Below are positions 56,180 through 64,000 of a stretch of 64,000 nucleotides of DNA, piece after piece. Origin of the DNA: an uncultured Gammaproteobacteria bacterium (GTDB lineage Bacteria > Pseudomonadota > Gammaproteobacteria > Pseudomonadales > Halieaceae). Within the stretch, counting starts at the first letter, position 1. Each line of letters opens with the position of its first letter. Under the pieces are notes generated by a model that did not search any database, was not told the DNA's origin, and saw only the letters and a list, made by a program, of their open reading frames with translations. The DNA is taken from assembly GCA_963712135.1 (NCBI GenBank), contig CAVQGV010000026.1, positions 388,671 through 452,670 on the forward strand, given 5' to 3'. The position numbers and the translations under genes are program-made.

Positions 56180-57293
56180 TCAGTCCGCCGGAAGTCTCCC
56201 GGCTCTCCAGACCAGCCACGCGCCAAAACCAACGGCGCATCCGCCCAGATGCGCCAGGGCGGAAACATGGCCGATTCCCAAAAGCTGCTCGACGGCTAAC
56301 CAGCATTGCAGCAACAGCCAGAGCACCATCGCGACCCAAGCGGGCAGGTAGATCCAGCGGAACCAGAACCAGAATCCGCCACAGGAAGCCCAATCGGGCG
56401 TGTGGGTACCGCAAGGCGTAGAAGGCGATGGCCCCAGAAATGCCCCCGCTGGCACCGACGCACGGGACCGTGGCCCATGGATCGGCCAGGATATGCAACA
56501 GATCGCCGAACAGCGCCGCCCCTGCAATCAACAGTGCATAGCGCCACCGGCCAAGGTCGTCTTCCACGTTGTCGCCGAAGACCAATAGGAAATAGGCGTT
56601 GCCCAGCAAATGGAGGAAGCCCCCGTGCAGAAAGAAACTCGTCAGCAGCGTCAAGCCCCCGTGCCGCCCAAGCTGAGCGGGCACCAGGCCCCAATCGTCC
56701 ACAACGGGCTTCAAGTTCCACGCCGTCAGCGCGAACACCAGCGCCATGGCGGCGGCCAGCCCCCACGTCAACCAGGGCCAACAGCGGATCGGGTTGACGT
56801 CGAACTCGACGGGAAAGCCAAACAGAGCGGGAATCCACTTCCACTCCTCGTCCGGCGATTCCTCGCCAAGGCATGAGGCGCGTTCCTTGGCTTCGAGGGT
56901 CTTCAGTTGCATCAGGGCGATTTGTTCCCGTGCCTTCTCGGGCAGCCGCTCCCGGAGGCTCGGCTCTCGCTTGACGGAAGGGAGTTGCCCCGATTCCATG
57001 GGATCGAGCCACACGAATTGGCAAGCGGGGCACACATCGAGCGCCACTGAACCGACAGACGCGGGGACCGGCACCTCAGCCATCGCGCGGTGGCAGATCG
57101 GACATTCTTTTCCCGGCCAAGCGTCCTCCTGCCGTGCCCGCAGCCATAGGTCTTTCACCAATTTTTCGGGAACGAGTTTCCGCAGTACGGGAATGCCGAT
57201 GGCACGGCCTTTACACTTCGGACAATCGAAGGCAACTCCCTGCGGAATCGCTGTCCGTGCCAGCCGCTGATTGCAACGAGGGCAAAGAGCCAT
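56180..57293 (-). pseudogene. rhomboid-family intramembrane serine protease with N-terminal double zinc-ribbon, frameshift about 56400-56500
   Basis: CPRCNQRL...CPKC and CPICHRA...CPACQ zinc ribbons; rhomboid motifs HLLGN and GASGGISG; catalytic His region AHLGG lies in a separate frame (56180-56527). Confidence 0.6.
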
Positions 57294-58900
57294 CGCCGGT
57301 CCTCCGCTGCTATTTCTCTGGGGAGCACCATGATTGTCTTCTCCGCCCGGCCGCCGCGTCCGCTCTTGTCCCAGACGATCAGCGTCACGCGGTACTTGCC
57401 CGGCTGGTCGAAGGTGTGCTTCGGTTGGGCCGTGACTTCCGGGATGCCGTCGCCGAAGTCCCATAGCCGCTCGACGATCGCCGCCCGCCGGACGCGAGTT
57501 GCACTGGAACTGAGCCGGCTCCCCGGCCCGGATCGTCTCCGGCACGACGGAAGTCGGCCACCGGCGGCGGACTGGGCAAGCGGCTTGGCCGCCGGGAGCC
57601 GGTCGTTCTTGTTCCCCTCGACCTTGCAGTCGGTGAACTCCAGGGCCGTGTACTGCGGAGGGCCGACGACGGCGGCCTGCCCGTTGCCGGTGATCGCGCA
57701 GCGGAGGAAGGCCAGAGCAATCGACGTCCCGTCCGCCGAGCTGCACGCCGTAGCCGCCGTTGTTGCGGAAGGCGCAATCCTCGAAGACCAGTCCCCGGCA
57801 GGCGCCGTTGGTGCGGAAGCCGTGGCCGCTGTCCTGGGGATACCGGGCCTGTGGAGTCGCCGCGGACCGTGTTCTCGAAGACGCAGCGGTAGAAGTAGTG
57901 ATGGGCGATGCCGCCGGTCTCGCCCTGGAACTGGGCACCCCACTGGGCGCAGTCGCGGACCGTGTTGTAGCCCCAGTAGACGTTGTTCTTGACCGGCTTG
58001 TTGGAGACCGACAGGCCGATATGCGCGCCCCGCTTGACGACGTTGTCGGTGACCACCACATCGCGGGCGATGATCTCGATGCCCAGGAACTTGAGCGTGC
58101 CGTCGTCGGTGCCGATCACGTTGCGCCGCACGGCCGATTGGTCGCCGCTGGTCGACGCTGAGCCAGTGGTCGACGACGTTGTCCTCGATGAGCGATCGCG
58201 GGCAGCCGCCCCAGATCTCGATGCCCAGCCCTTCGCCGCCGGAGCCGCTGACGCGGTTGTTGCGGATGACCAGCTCGGCCGAGTGGTCGCCGAAGATGCC
58301 GCCCCGGCCGGTGTTGTGGATCATGTTGCCGAGCACCTGGTTCCGTACCGAGCCCCAGGCCAGGCGGATGCCGCCGCCGTACTCGGCCTCCAGGCCGATG
58401 TTCTCGATCCGGCAGTCGGTGATGCGGCTGTCGGTCACGCCGCCTTCCATGCGTCGGGTTGTGGCCGGAGAAGAGGATGCGCGTGCGGGCCCCAGGTCTC
58501 GGCCTTGCAGGTTGCGGATCGTCAGGTGGTGGAGCCAGAGCCGCCGCGAGTCGCTGCCGCTGATGCCCTGGTGGACCAGCGGATTGTTCTGGCCGTCGAG
58601 CGTCATGTGGGCGATCTCCACGTCCTCGCAGCCGCTGAGGCTGATGAGGACGCCGGGCTTGGTGCCCTTGTAGACCAGCCGCGTCTTGTCCTGCCCGGCG
58701 CCGAGCAGCTTGATCCCCGACTTGGGCCGGATCGGCTCGGCCAGCTCGAACGTGCCCTCCGGCAGGCGGACGGTGTCGCCCGGTGCAGCCTGTCGAATGG
58801 CGGCGGCGATGCTGTGGGAGCCGAATCCCTTGGGCTCAATGACCGCTGAGGGCTTGGCCGCGACAACGAGACGCAGAACATGACTATGGGCAGCATCCCT
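57155..58900 (-). pseudogene. secreted right-handed beta-helix (PbH1 repeat) protein with C-terminal PKD domain, frameshifted
   Basis: Parallel beta-helix repeats (NIG..A.YGGGI; GNMIHNTGRGGIFG; IRNNRVSGSGGEG) and PKD motif WDFGDG...YRVTLIVWD; N-terminal part lies in another frame. Confidence 0.5.
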
Positions 58901-58905
58901 GCACT

Positions 58906-59154
58906 CTAATGAGGGCAGCTCGCGGTGTCAAACAGCCGGCCATCCGCTTCGGCGAGTTCCTGCCGGACCTCCATGCGAATCTCCGCAGAGCTGGTTCCGT
59001 CCCTTTCCCCGGCATATCCCCCAGAAATTGGTTTCTTGGCCGCCTGGAAGGCGTGCTCCACGGTCGGGTATTCGATGCGCTCAAAGGTAATCGGCGCAGG
59101 GTGGAAGTTCGACAGGAAGCTGTACTCTCCCTGGAAACGGTCGATTACTTGCAT
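58906..59154 (-). pseudogene. NADAR-domain (YbiA-like) protein, truncated or frameshifted
   Basis: MQVIDRFQGEYSFLSNFHPAPITFERIEYPTVEHAFQAAK is the NADAR N-terminal core; ORF ends after about 80 aa. Confidence 0.45.
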
Positions 59155-59382
59155 CGTTGGCTTCACGGAATTGACGGGAATCGAACCGCGGGCACCGCTA
59201 TTGTACGAAGATCGGCGTTGGAAACAGGAAGCCCGGAGGCCGGGATCGCTCCCAGCCTCCGGGCATCGCATTCGATCAGAGCAGGTTCACGACCCGCTCG
59301 GCCAGGCCCTTCTCGCCCAGCACGACGTTCAGCTTGCCGCTGGCGGCGACCTTCTCCAGGACTTCCAGCTCCCGGAGCCGCA

Positions 59383-60399
59383 TCAGCGTCGGGTTGTCCT
59401 GCCAGCAGCTTGGCCGTGTTGGCCTGGCTGCGCATGGCCGCCGTCTCCTCGCGGCGGACGATGAGGTTGGCCTCGGCCGCCTTCTTGGCCTCCGTGACCT
59501 TGTTCATCAGGTCCTTCATGTCGCCCGGCAGGATCACGTCGCGGATGCCGACCGAGACGATCTCCAGACCCAACTCGGCCACCCGCTGGCGGACGATCTC
59601 CTCCAGCTCGCTCGGCCACGGCGTCCTTGTCGGCCAGGAACGGGTCGAGTTCGCGGGCGCCGACCACCGCCCGCAGGGCCAACTGCGCCTCGCGGTACAG
59701 CGCCTGGCGGGCGTCGTCGGCCGCGCTGACCGCCTTGCGGGCGTCGACCACGCGGTAGGTGACCACCGCGTTCAGGCGCAGCGTGACCTTGTCGGCCGTC
59801 ATGATCTCCTGGCCGCCGACGTCGAGCATCGTCTCGCGCAGGTCGACCGGCACGAGCTTGACCTCGGCCACGTTCTTCCAGAAGGCGTACTGGCCCGGCG
59901 GCAGCGTCTCGACGTAGTCGGCCGTCCACGAACAGCACGCCCACGTGGCCCTGCTCGACCGCGCAGACGTCCAGCACGCGGTCGGCCATGCGCCGAGCGG
60001 ACGATCACCTGGAGGTCCTCGTGCTCGAAGCGGACCTTGCGGGCGTCGACCACCTCGACGCGCCACCTCGCGGAAGCCGGTCCAGTAGGCGTACAGGCCC
60101 GGCGGCAGGATGTGGCTGAAGCGGCCGTCGATCCAGACCAGCGCCCGCTCGTAGTCCTTCAGGTCCAGCACCACGGCGCGGTCCTCCAGCGCACCCGACT
60201 TGACGATCACGTCGAGCTTCTCGTGGACCAGCCACGGGTCGCGCTGCGAGACGACCTCGACCTTGACCTTGCCCAGCGGGTCGAAGAACCAGTGGCGGCC
60301 CGCGCCGAGCAGGCCCTGGAACTCGCCGTCGCGGAAGTACAGGCCCATTTCGTAGCTGCGGATCTTGATGGTCTTCAGCACAGCACAGTCATCCTTCAC
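59383..60399 (-). pseudogene. SPFH/band-7 domain protein with 2-3 N-terminal repeat modules, frameshifted
   Basis: SPFH core (VDLRETMLDVGGQEIMTADKVTLRLNAVVTYRVVD) preceded by repeated approximately LPPG(L/Q)YA(Y/F)W...EV modules, one of them in another frame (59799-60053). Confidence 0.45.
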
Positions 60400-60827
60400 C
60401 TTCCTTCCTGCGGCCTATTGACGGCCGTCTTCGTTTCGTTTCAGCGTCGTGTCAGGCAACGCCGTCGGGCGGCGGAACCAGCGGCGATCACACGGACAAG
60501 TGCGGAGTGTCGTTTGAGCATCCACGTAGCCTTGCGGCGGCACGGCAGCTTCCGCTCGGCTCGTCGCCGCCGGGGCAAGCCCCGACGCGAGTCGCCGGAC
60601 ATCCGCTGCCGCTTGCCGAAGGCCGGTGGAAGCGGTATCCACGCACTGCATGGCACTCGGCCGTGCTGCCACCGGCAGCCGCGTGCCGGTCGGGCGCCGA
60701 TTCCTCCGGGAGCCGCCCATGGGCGGACTGCCCGGAATCCTCGACGCCGCCGGTCGCTCGCCGCCGGTGGCCGATCACACGTTGGCCCGCCTCCCTCGGG
60801 CCGCTTGGAGCAGGTTTTCAGCCTGCG

Positions 60828-60905
60828 GTGTTGGTACGGGAGTCGAACCCGCGACAGCCAGATTCATGGTCTGGTGCTCTACCACTGAGCTAACCTCGGT
60901 TGACA
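60828..60905 (-). tRNA. tRNA-like gene (T-loop GGGTTCGACTCC, D-arm AGCTCAGTGGTAGAGC); acceptor pairing imperfect, anticodon loop CCATGAA (possibly CAT)
   Basis: Manual fold; the acceptor stem could not be paired cleanly. Confidence 0.35.
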
Positions 60906-61009
60906 CGACCATCGGTCAGAACCCATGTACGGAACACACGTCGCCAACCGCCTCGTTGGAGGACAGGGCGACGTGCGCCGCTGGCCCGGCCGTATCATTG
61001 CTTCCAAAG

Positions 61010-61081
61010 AGACGCCGGTGGGAGTCGAACCCACTTGAAGCTGCTTTGCAGGCAGCCGCCGTGCCGTCTGGCTCCAGCGCC
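61010..61081 (-). tRNA. tRNA-Cys (GCA)
   Basis: Acceptor GGCGCTG/CGGCGTC, anticodon loop CTGCAAA, T-arm GTGGG-TTCGACT-CCCAC. Confidence 0.7.
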
Positions 61082-61091
61082 ACGTTGTCAG

Positions 61092-61164
61092 TGTCCTCGC
61101 CAGGAATCGAACCTGGTCTTCGACCTTCGCAGGGTCGCGTGCGAATCCGGCACACTCCGAGGAC
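61092..61164 (-). tRNA. tRNA-Arg with anticodon GCG as read (G34 unusual)
   Basis: Acceptor GTCCTCG/CGAGGAC; anticodon stem CGACC/GGTCG, loop CTGCGAA. Confidence 0.5.
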
Positions 61165-61179
61165 GTATTCTCGTTCAGC

Positions 61180-61251
61180 GCCCCGCCGAGGAATCGAACC
61201 TCGTCTTGCAGTTTCGAAGACTGCCGTGCTGATCCGGCACACTCGCAGGGC
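61180..61251 (-). tRNA. tRNA-Arg (TCG)
   Basis: Acceptor GCCCTGC/GCGGGGC; loop CTTCGAA; T-arm CGAGG-TTCGATT-CCTCG. Confidence 0.65.
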
Positions 61252-61259
61252 ATGTCAAG

Positions 61260-61331
61260 TGTCTCGACCAGGAATCGAACCTGGATCTGGACCTTCGGAG
61301 GGTCCTATGCGATCCGTTACACCATCGAGAC
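61260..61331 (-). tRNA. tRNA-Arg (CCG)
   Basis: Acceptor GTCTCGA/TCGAGAC; anticodon stem GGACC/GGTCC, loop CTCCGAA. Confidence 0.65.
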
Positions 61332-61337
61332 ATTCAG

Positions 61338-61409
61338 CATCCCGACCTGGAGTCGAACCAGGACCAGGACCTTAGGAGAGCCCCGTGCGATCCGCTACAC
61401 CATCGGGAC
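61338..61409 (-). tRNA. tRNA-Arg (CCT), tentative
   Basis: Acceptor GTCCCGA/TCGGGAT; anticodon stem with G.U pairs, loop CTCCTAA. Confidence 0.5.
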
Positions 61410-61420
61410 ATACACACCAG

Positions 61421-61493
61421 AGCCGACGACTGGATTTGCACCAGCATCGATGCGGTTTACAAAACCGCCGCCTCTCTGTTCGGCCACGTCGGC
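61421..61493 (-). tRNA. tRNA-Thr (TGT)
   Basis: Acceptor GCCGACG/CGTCGGC; anticodon stem GCGGT/ACCGC, loop TTTGTAA; T-loop TGCAAAT. Confidence 0.6.
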
Positions 61494-61500
61494 AATCAAG

Positions 61501-61571
61501 CAGGAGCGCGAGGAGTCGAACCCCGTCCGGCGGCTTTGGAGACCGCCTGCTCTCCCAGGAGCACACTCCTG
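61501..61571 (-). tRNA. tRNA-Trp (CCA), tentative
   Basis: Acceptor AGGAGTG/CGCTCCT; loop CTCCAAA; followed by hairpin GGCCCCCGG..CCGGGGGCC (61571-61608), which is probably the terminator of the adjacent HNH gene. Confidence 0.4.
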
Positions 61572-61615
61572 TATCGGCCCCCGGCCTTGCGGACCGGGGG
61601 CTCTTGGCGTAACGA

Positions 61616-62214
61616 CTACTCTCGCAGCGTCACGTTCCAGTACGCTTCGCTGACGAACTTCGACCAGCTTTCGATCCGCACGTCGTGGTCCGCGTACAGC
61701 GGCTTCCACGTCGGCCGGACCGGCTGCTTGCGCAGCCGCATCCGCGCCTGCTCCGGCGTGCGGTCGGCCTTCCGCTTGTTGCAGGCCATGCACGCCAGCA
61801 CGCAGTTCTCCCAGCTCGACACGCCACCCTGCGACACGCGGCACGACGTGGTCGATCGTCAGTTCCTCGCTGCCCGGCTGCGCACCGCAGTACTGGCAGG
61901 TGTAGTGGTCACGCTTGAAGATGTTCCGCCGGCTGAAGGTCACTGGGCCACCGGCAGCCGGTCGTAGCCGCGTCAGCGCGACCACCTCCGGCACCCGCAG
62001 CCGGAACCGCACCGCCTGGATGAACGGCTCGCCGTCGCGCGGCCGCAGCTTCGACCAGTCCTCCCAGGTGTAGAGCTGGTAGTCGGCCGGGTCCACGACG
62101 CGGGCCGACTCGTTCCACAACAGCACCAGCGCCCGCGCCACGGTGGCCACGTTCACCGGCTGCCAGTTGCGGTTCAGGACCAGCGTCGGCCGCTGGAGTA
62201 TTCTCGGGGTCATG
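61616..62214 (-). pseudogene. HNH homing-type endonuclease, one frameshift
   Basis: HYTCQYCG...IDHVVP (first frame, start ATG 62212-62214) and ...[20 protein letters not shown] (second frame) form the HNH motif; embedded in the tRNA array. Confidence 0.6.
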
Positions 62215-62234
62215 GTCACGTCCTTTCCATCAAG

Positions 62235-62309
62235 GGTGTCCGGGCGGAGTCGAACCCCCACCTTCTGGTTCACAGCCAGCCGTGCAGAAACCGCTACACC
62301 ACAGACACC
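62235..62309 (-). tRNA. tRNA-His (GTG) with encoded G-1
   Basis: G-1 pairs with C73; acceptor GTGTCTG/CGGACAC; loop CTGTGAA; one T-stem mismatch. Confidence 0.6.
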
Positions 62310-62350
62310 ATATGCGGGCCGCCGTCCTACCGGGCGACGGCCCGCTCGAA

Positions 62351-63166
62351 TCAGTCGAGAAACGCCAGATGCCGCATGGAGGCCGCCTGGCTCTCGGTGT
62401 TCGGCACGACCCGGTGCCACCCGTTGAGCTTGACCGTCTTGTGGTCCGGGTGGCGAATCTTGCCGCGAACGTACACTCCGGCGTCCCGCCGCATCACGCG
62501 CCACGGCAGCCGCTTCTTGGCCGGGTTCTCGGCGATCAGTCGCCGATACGCCGACTCGCTGATTCCCTGCGGGTACTCGAAGCAAACGTAGACGTTCACT
62601 CCGCCGCTCCGGTACAGGAACTCAGCCCAATGCGGCTTGCCGCGTCCGCGTGCCAGCGGTTCATTGCTCAGCACCAGCTTCGGGTCCACAACCAGGTCCG
62701 GCTCGGGGATGAAGAACCATTCCCCCTGCCGGATGAAAGCCTTGTTGTGGCGCCGGTTGCGGTGCCGCGCCTTCAGTCCCTTGCGGGCCTGGGCCGCCAG
62801 CACCTCCGAGGGCTTGAGGGCCTCCATGGCGGTGCGGACGGTGGCCACGCCCGACGTCTCCGGCACGGCCGCAGCGAACCAGTCCCGCTCGTCGTGGCCG
62901 CAGAGGAACTTGTGCTTCTCCTCGCGGTGGCCGTCAGGCTCGCGGACGAGCAGCAACAGGTGCCGCTGGCCGGGCTGGATGTCCAGGACCTCCAGTTCCC
63001 GCTCCGCGTCTTCGCCGAGGGTGACATCGAAGAACGGGCCATGCCCGTCCCGGCCGATGTCCACGGCGAAGCCGGTGAAGCGGGAGCGCCGAATCGTCGA
63101 CCGCACGTTCACCTTGAGCCGTGCGCCCATGCGGGCGAACTGCTTCTCCAGTAACGTGGTATCCAT
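62351..63166 (-). CDS. hypothetical protein (phage-like context)
   Basis: 272 aa from MDTTLLEKQ; no recognised domain; in-frame upstream extension not used. Confidence 0.3.
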   Translation of the reverse strand: MDTTLLEKQFARMGARLKVNVRSTIRRSRFTGFAVDIGRDGHGPFFDVTLGEDAERELEVLDIQPGQRHLLLLVREPDGHREEKHKFLCGHDERDWFAAAVPETSGVATVRTAMEALKPSEVLAAQARKGLKARHRNRRHNKAFIRQGEWFFIPEPDLVVDPKLVLSNEPLARGRGKPHWAEFLYRSGGVNVYVCFEYPQGISESAYRRLIAENPAKKRLPWRVMRRDAGVYVRGKIRHPDHKTVKLNGWHRVVPNTESQAASMRHLAFLD

Positions 63167-63323
63167 AACCTTTCCTTTGTGTTGAGGATCATGGCGGCGC
63201 ACGACGCCGCCATGAACGATTGTCAGTCTCGAACAACAGACGCAGGTCGGATTGTTCTGGGCATCAGCATCGCAACACTCCTTTCGCCATAGGGACACGT
63301 CGTCCCACGCAAAGGTTCTCCAG

Positions 63324-63395
63324 CACCCCGACCAGGAGTCGAACCTGGAACACCTCGTTAGAAGCGAGGCATGATTTCCGTTTCACCATCGGGGC
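63324..63395 (-). tRNA. tRNA-Arg (TCT)
   Basis: Acceptor GCCCCGA/TCGGGGT; anticodon stem CCTCG/CGAGG, loop CTTCTAA. Confidence 0.6.
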
Positions 63396-63415
63396 ACATA
63401 ATCCGGCACACCAAG

Positions 63416-63502
63416 CGGAAGGCAAGGGAGTCGAACCCTCATCTCCACGGGGGAGAACCGCGTTAGCAGAGCGGCCCGGCCAACCGTATCCGGCTACCTT
63501 CC
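63416..63502 (-). tRNA. tRNA-Ser (GCT), type II long variable arm
   Basis: Acceptor GGAAGGT/GCCTTCC; loop CTGCTAA; 87 nt with extra arm. Confidence 0.55.
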
Positions 63503-63528
63503 GTAATCATCGATCCATTTCGATCCAG

Positions 63529-63599
63529 TGGACCGCCGGGGAATCGAACCCCGATTTCCTGGGTGCAAACCAGGCGTCTTCCCGTTGGACCAGCGGCCC
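63529..63599 (-). tRNA. tRNA-Ala (TGC)
   Basis: Acceptor GGGCCGC/GCGGTCC; anticodon stem CCTGG/CCAGG, loop TTTGCAC. Confidence 0.65.
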
Positions 63600-63611
63600 G
63601 TATCATCCGAG

Positions 63612-63682
63612 AGGTCCGTCCGGGAATTGAACCCGGTCTTCCTCCTTACCACGGAGGTGTGCTGCCAAAACACCTACAGACC
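63612..63682 (-). tRNA. tRNA-Thr (GGT)
   Basis: Acceptor GGTCTGT/ACGGACC; anticodon stem CCTCC/GGAGG, loop GTGGTAA. Confidence 0.6.
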
Positions 63683-63691
63683 ATTCGCAAG

Positions 63692-63764
63692 TGATCCCGG
63701 ATGGAGTCGAACCATCACTTTCCTGGTTGTCACCCAGGCGTCTTTGCCGTTGGACCACGGGATC
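63692..63764 (-). tRNA. tRNA-Val (GAC)
   Basis: Acceptor GATCCCG/CGGGATC; anticodon stem CCTGG/CCAGG, loop GTGACAA. Confidence 0.65.
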
Positions 63765-63772
63765 GTTCACAG

Positions 63773-63846
63773 TGACCGAGGTGGGAGTCGAACCCACAGG
63801 CACGAGGCTCTCGACCTCGCCGCTTTGCCAATTTGCGTACCCGGTC
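63773..63846 (-). tRNA. tRNA gene, anticodon uncertain (loop reads TCGAGAG; GAG?)
   Basis: Acceptor GACCGGG/CTCGGTC and T-arm GTGGG-TTCGACT-CCCAC are good; anticodon arm non-canonical (C33). Confidence 0.4.
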
Positions 63847-63850
63847 AGTG

Positions 63851-63917
63851 GCGGGTCCGGGGGTCGCACCCGGCGGTCCAGGCTTATGAGGCCCGGCTGA
63901 GCACTGGCCCACCCGCG
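63851..63917 (-). tRNA. tRNA-Met/Ile (CAT)-like, acceptor imperfect
   Basis: Loop CTCATAA; T-arm CCGGG-TGCGACC-CCCGG; acceptor 6/7 bp. Confidence 0.4.
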
Positions 63918-63923
63918 CAAGTT

Positions 63924-63990
63924 GCAGGCCCCGGTATCGAACCGGGCGCACCGGCCTTATGAGAGCCAGTTGGGCACCTGCCGCGCCTGC
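63924..63990 (-). tRNA. tRNA (CAT)-like
   Basis: Loop CTCATAA; T-arm CCCGG-TTCGATA-CCGGG; near the window end. Confidence 0.4.
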
Positions 63991-64000
63991 AATAAGTGGC

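Noticed and set aside
57294-58061. Upstream extension of the 641-aa ORF (56136-58061) beyond the rhomboid start
   Set aside because: Only the part from 57293 downward translates to a rhomboid (Zn ribbons, HLLGN, GASGG); the N-terminal extension is Ser/Thr/Arg-rich nonsense overlapping the beta-helix gene
58909-60888. 659-aa plus-strand ORF in high-GC DNA
   Set aside because: Low-complexity Arg/Ala/Pro-rich translation, typical of an open wrong frame in 70% GC DNA; real genes (NADAR, SPFH) are on the opposite strand
60828-63990. Repeated GGAGTCGAACC/GGAATCGAACC motifs every 70-90 bp (could be mistaken for a CRISPR array)
   Set aside because: They are tRNA T-loops on the minus strand; spacers fold into cloverleaves with acceptor pairing, and there is no constant repeat unit

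Overview
The window is a composite of three parts. (A) Positions 1 to about 54.8 kb (roughly 55-60% GC) look like a gammaproteobacterial chromosome. Core genes present: aceA, metY, fpr, aroG-type DAHP synthase, msrA, phoA, a fused-E1/E2 2-oxoacid dehydrogenase operon, glnK-amtB, ppx, fumC and acnA. Embedded in this are: a vitamin B12 uptake locus (btuB-cobO-btuC-btuD-btuF) broken by many frameshifts but preceded by an apparently intact cobalamin riboswitch; an orphan gspA/gspB (exeAB) pair; a small GC-rich islet carrying a P4-type integrase remnant and an OafA-like acyltransferase-3/SGNH gene interrupted at a 7-C homopolymer; an IS5-family insertion sequence; and a lower-GC cluster at 41.1-47.5 kb encoding carrier protein + adenylating enzyme + SDR + SAM-methyltransferase + MBOAT + a DltD/AlgJ-like membrane-anchored protein. 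This cluster is the best candidate for an undescribed system: a Dlt-like, carrier-protein-dependent O-acylation pathway with extra tailoring enzymes. A group II intron whose reverse transcriptase is frameshifted several times lies just upstream of acnA. (B) At about 54.82 kb the sequence changes abruptly to roughly 65-70% GC. The junction falls after the intron HNH domain and before any recognisable domain V/VI, and the high-GC side opens partway into an ADP-ribosylglycohydrolase ORF. That side continues with NADAR-domain, rhomboid, beta-helix/PKD and SPFH genes. (C) From 60.8 to 64.0 kb there is a dense minus-strand array of at least 17 tRNA genes interspersed with an HNH endonuclease gene, typical of actinophage or mobile tRNA arrays. 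I read the GC break plus the truncated intron as a probable chimeric contig join or a very recent foreign insertion. At least 25 ORF-breaking indels are spread across unrelated genes (btu genes, msrA, EamA, exeA, gspB, oafA, hydrolase, acnA, intron RT, rhomboid, SPFH, HNH), so raw read support is needed before calling any of them pseudogenes. All coordinates are approximate to a few bases where taken from motif matching.
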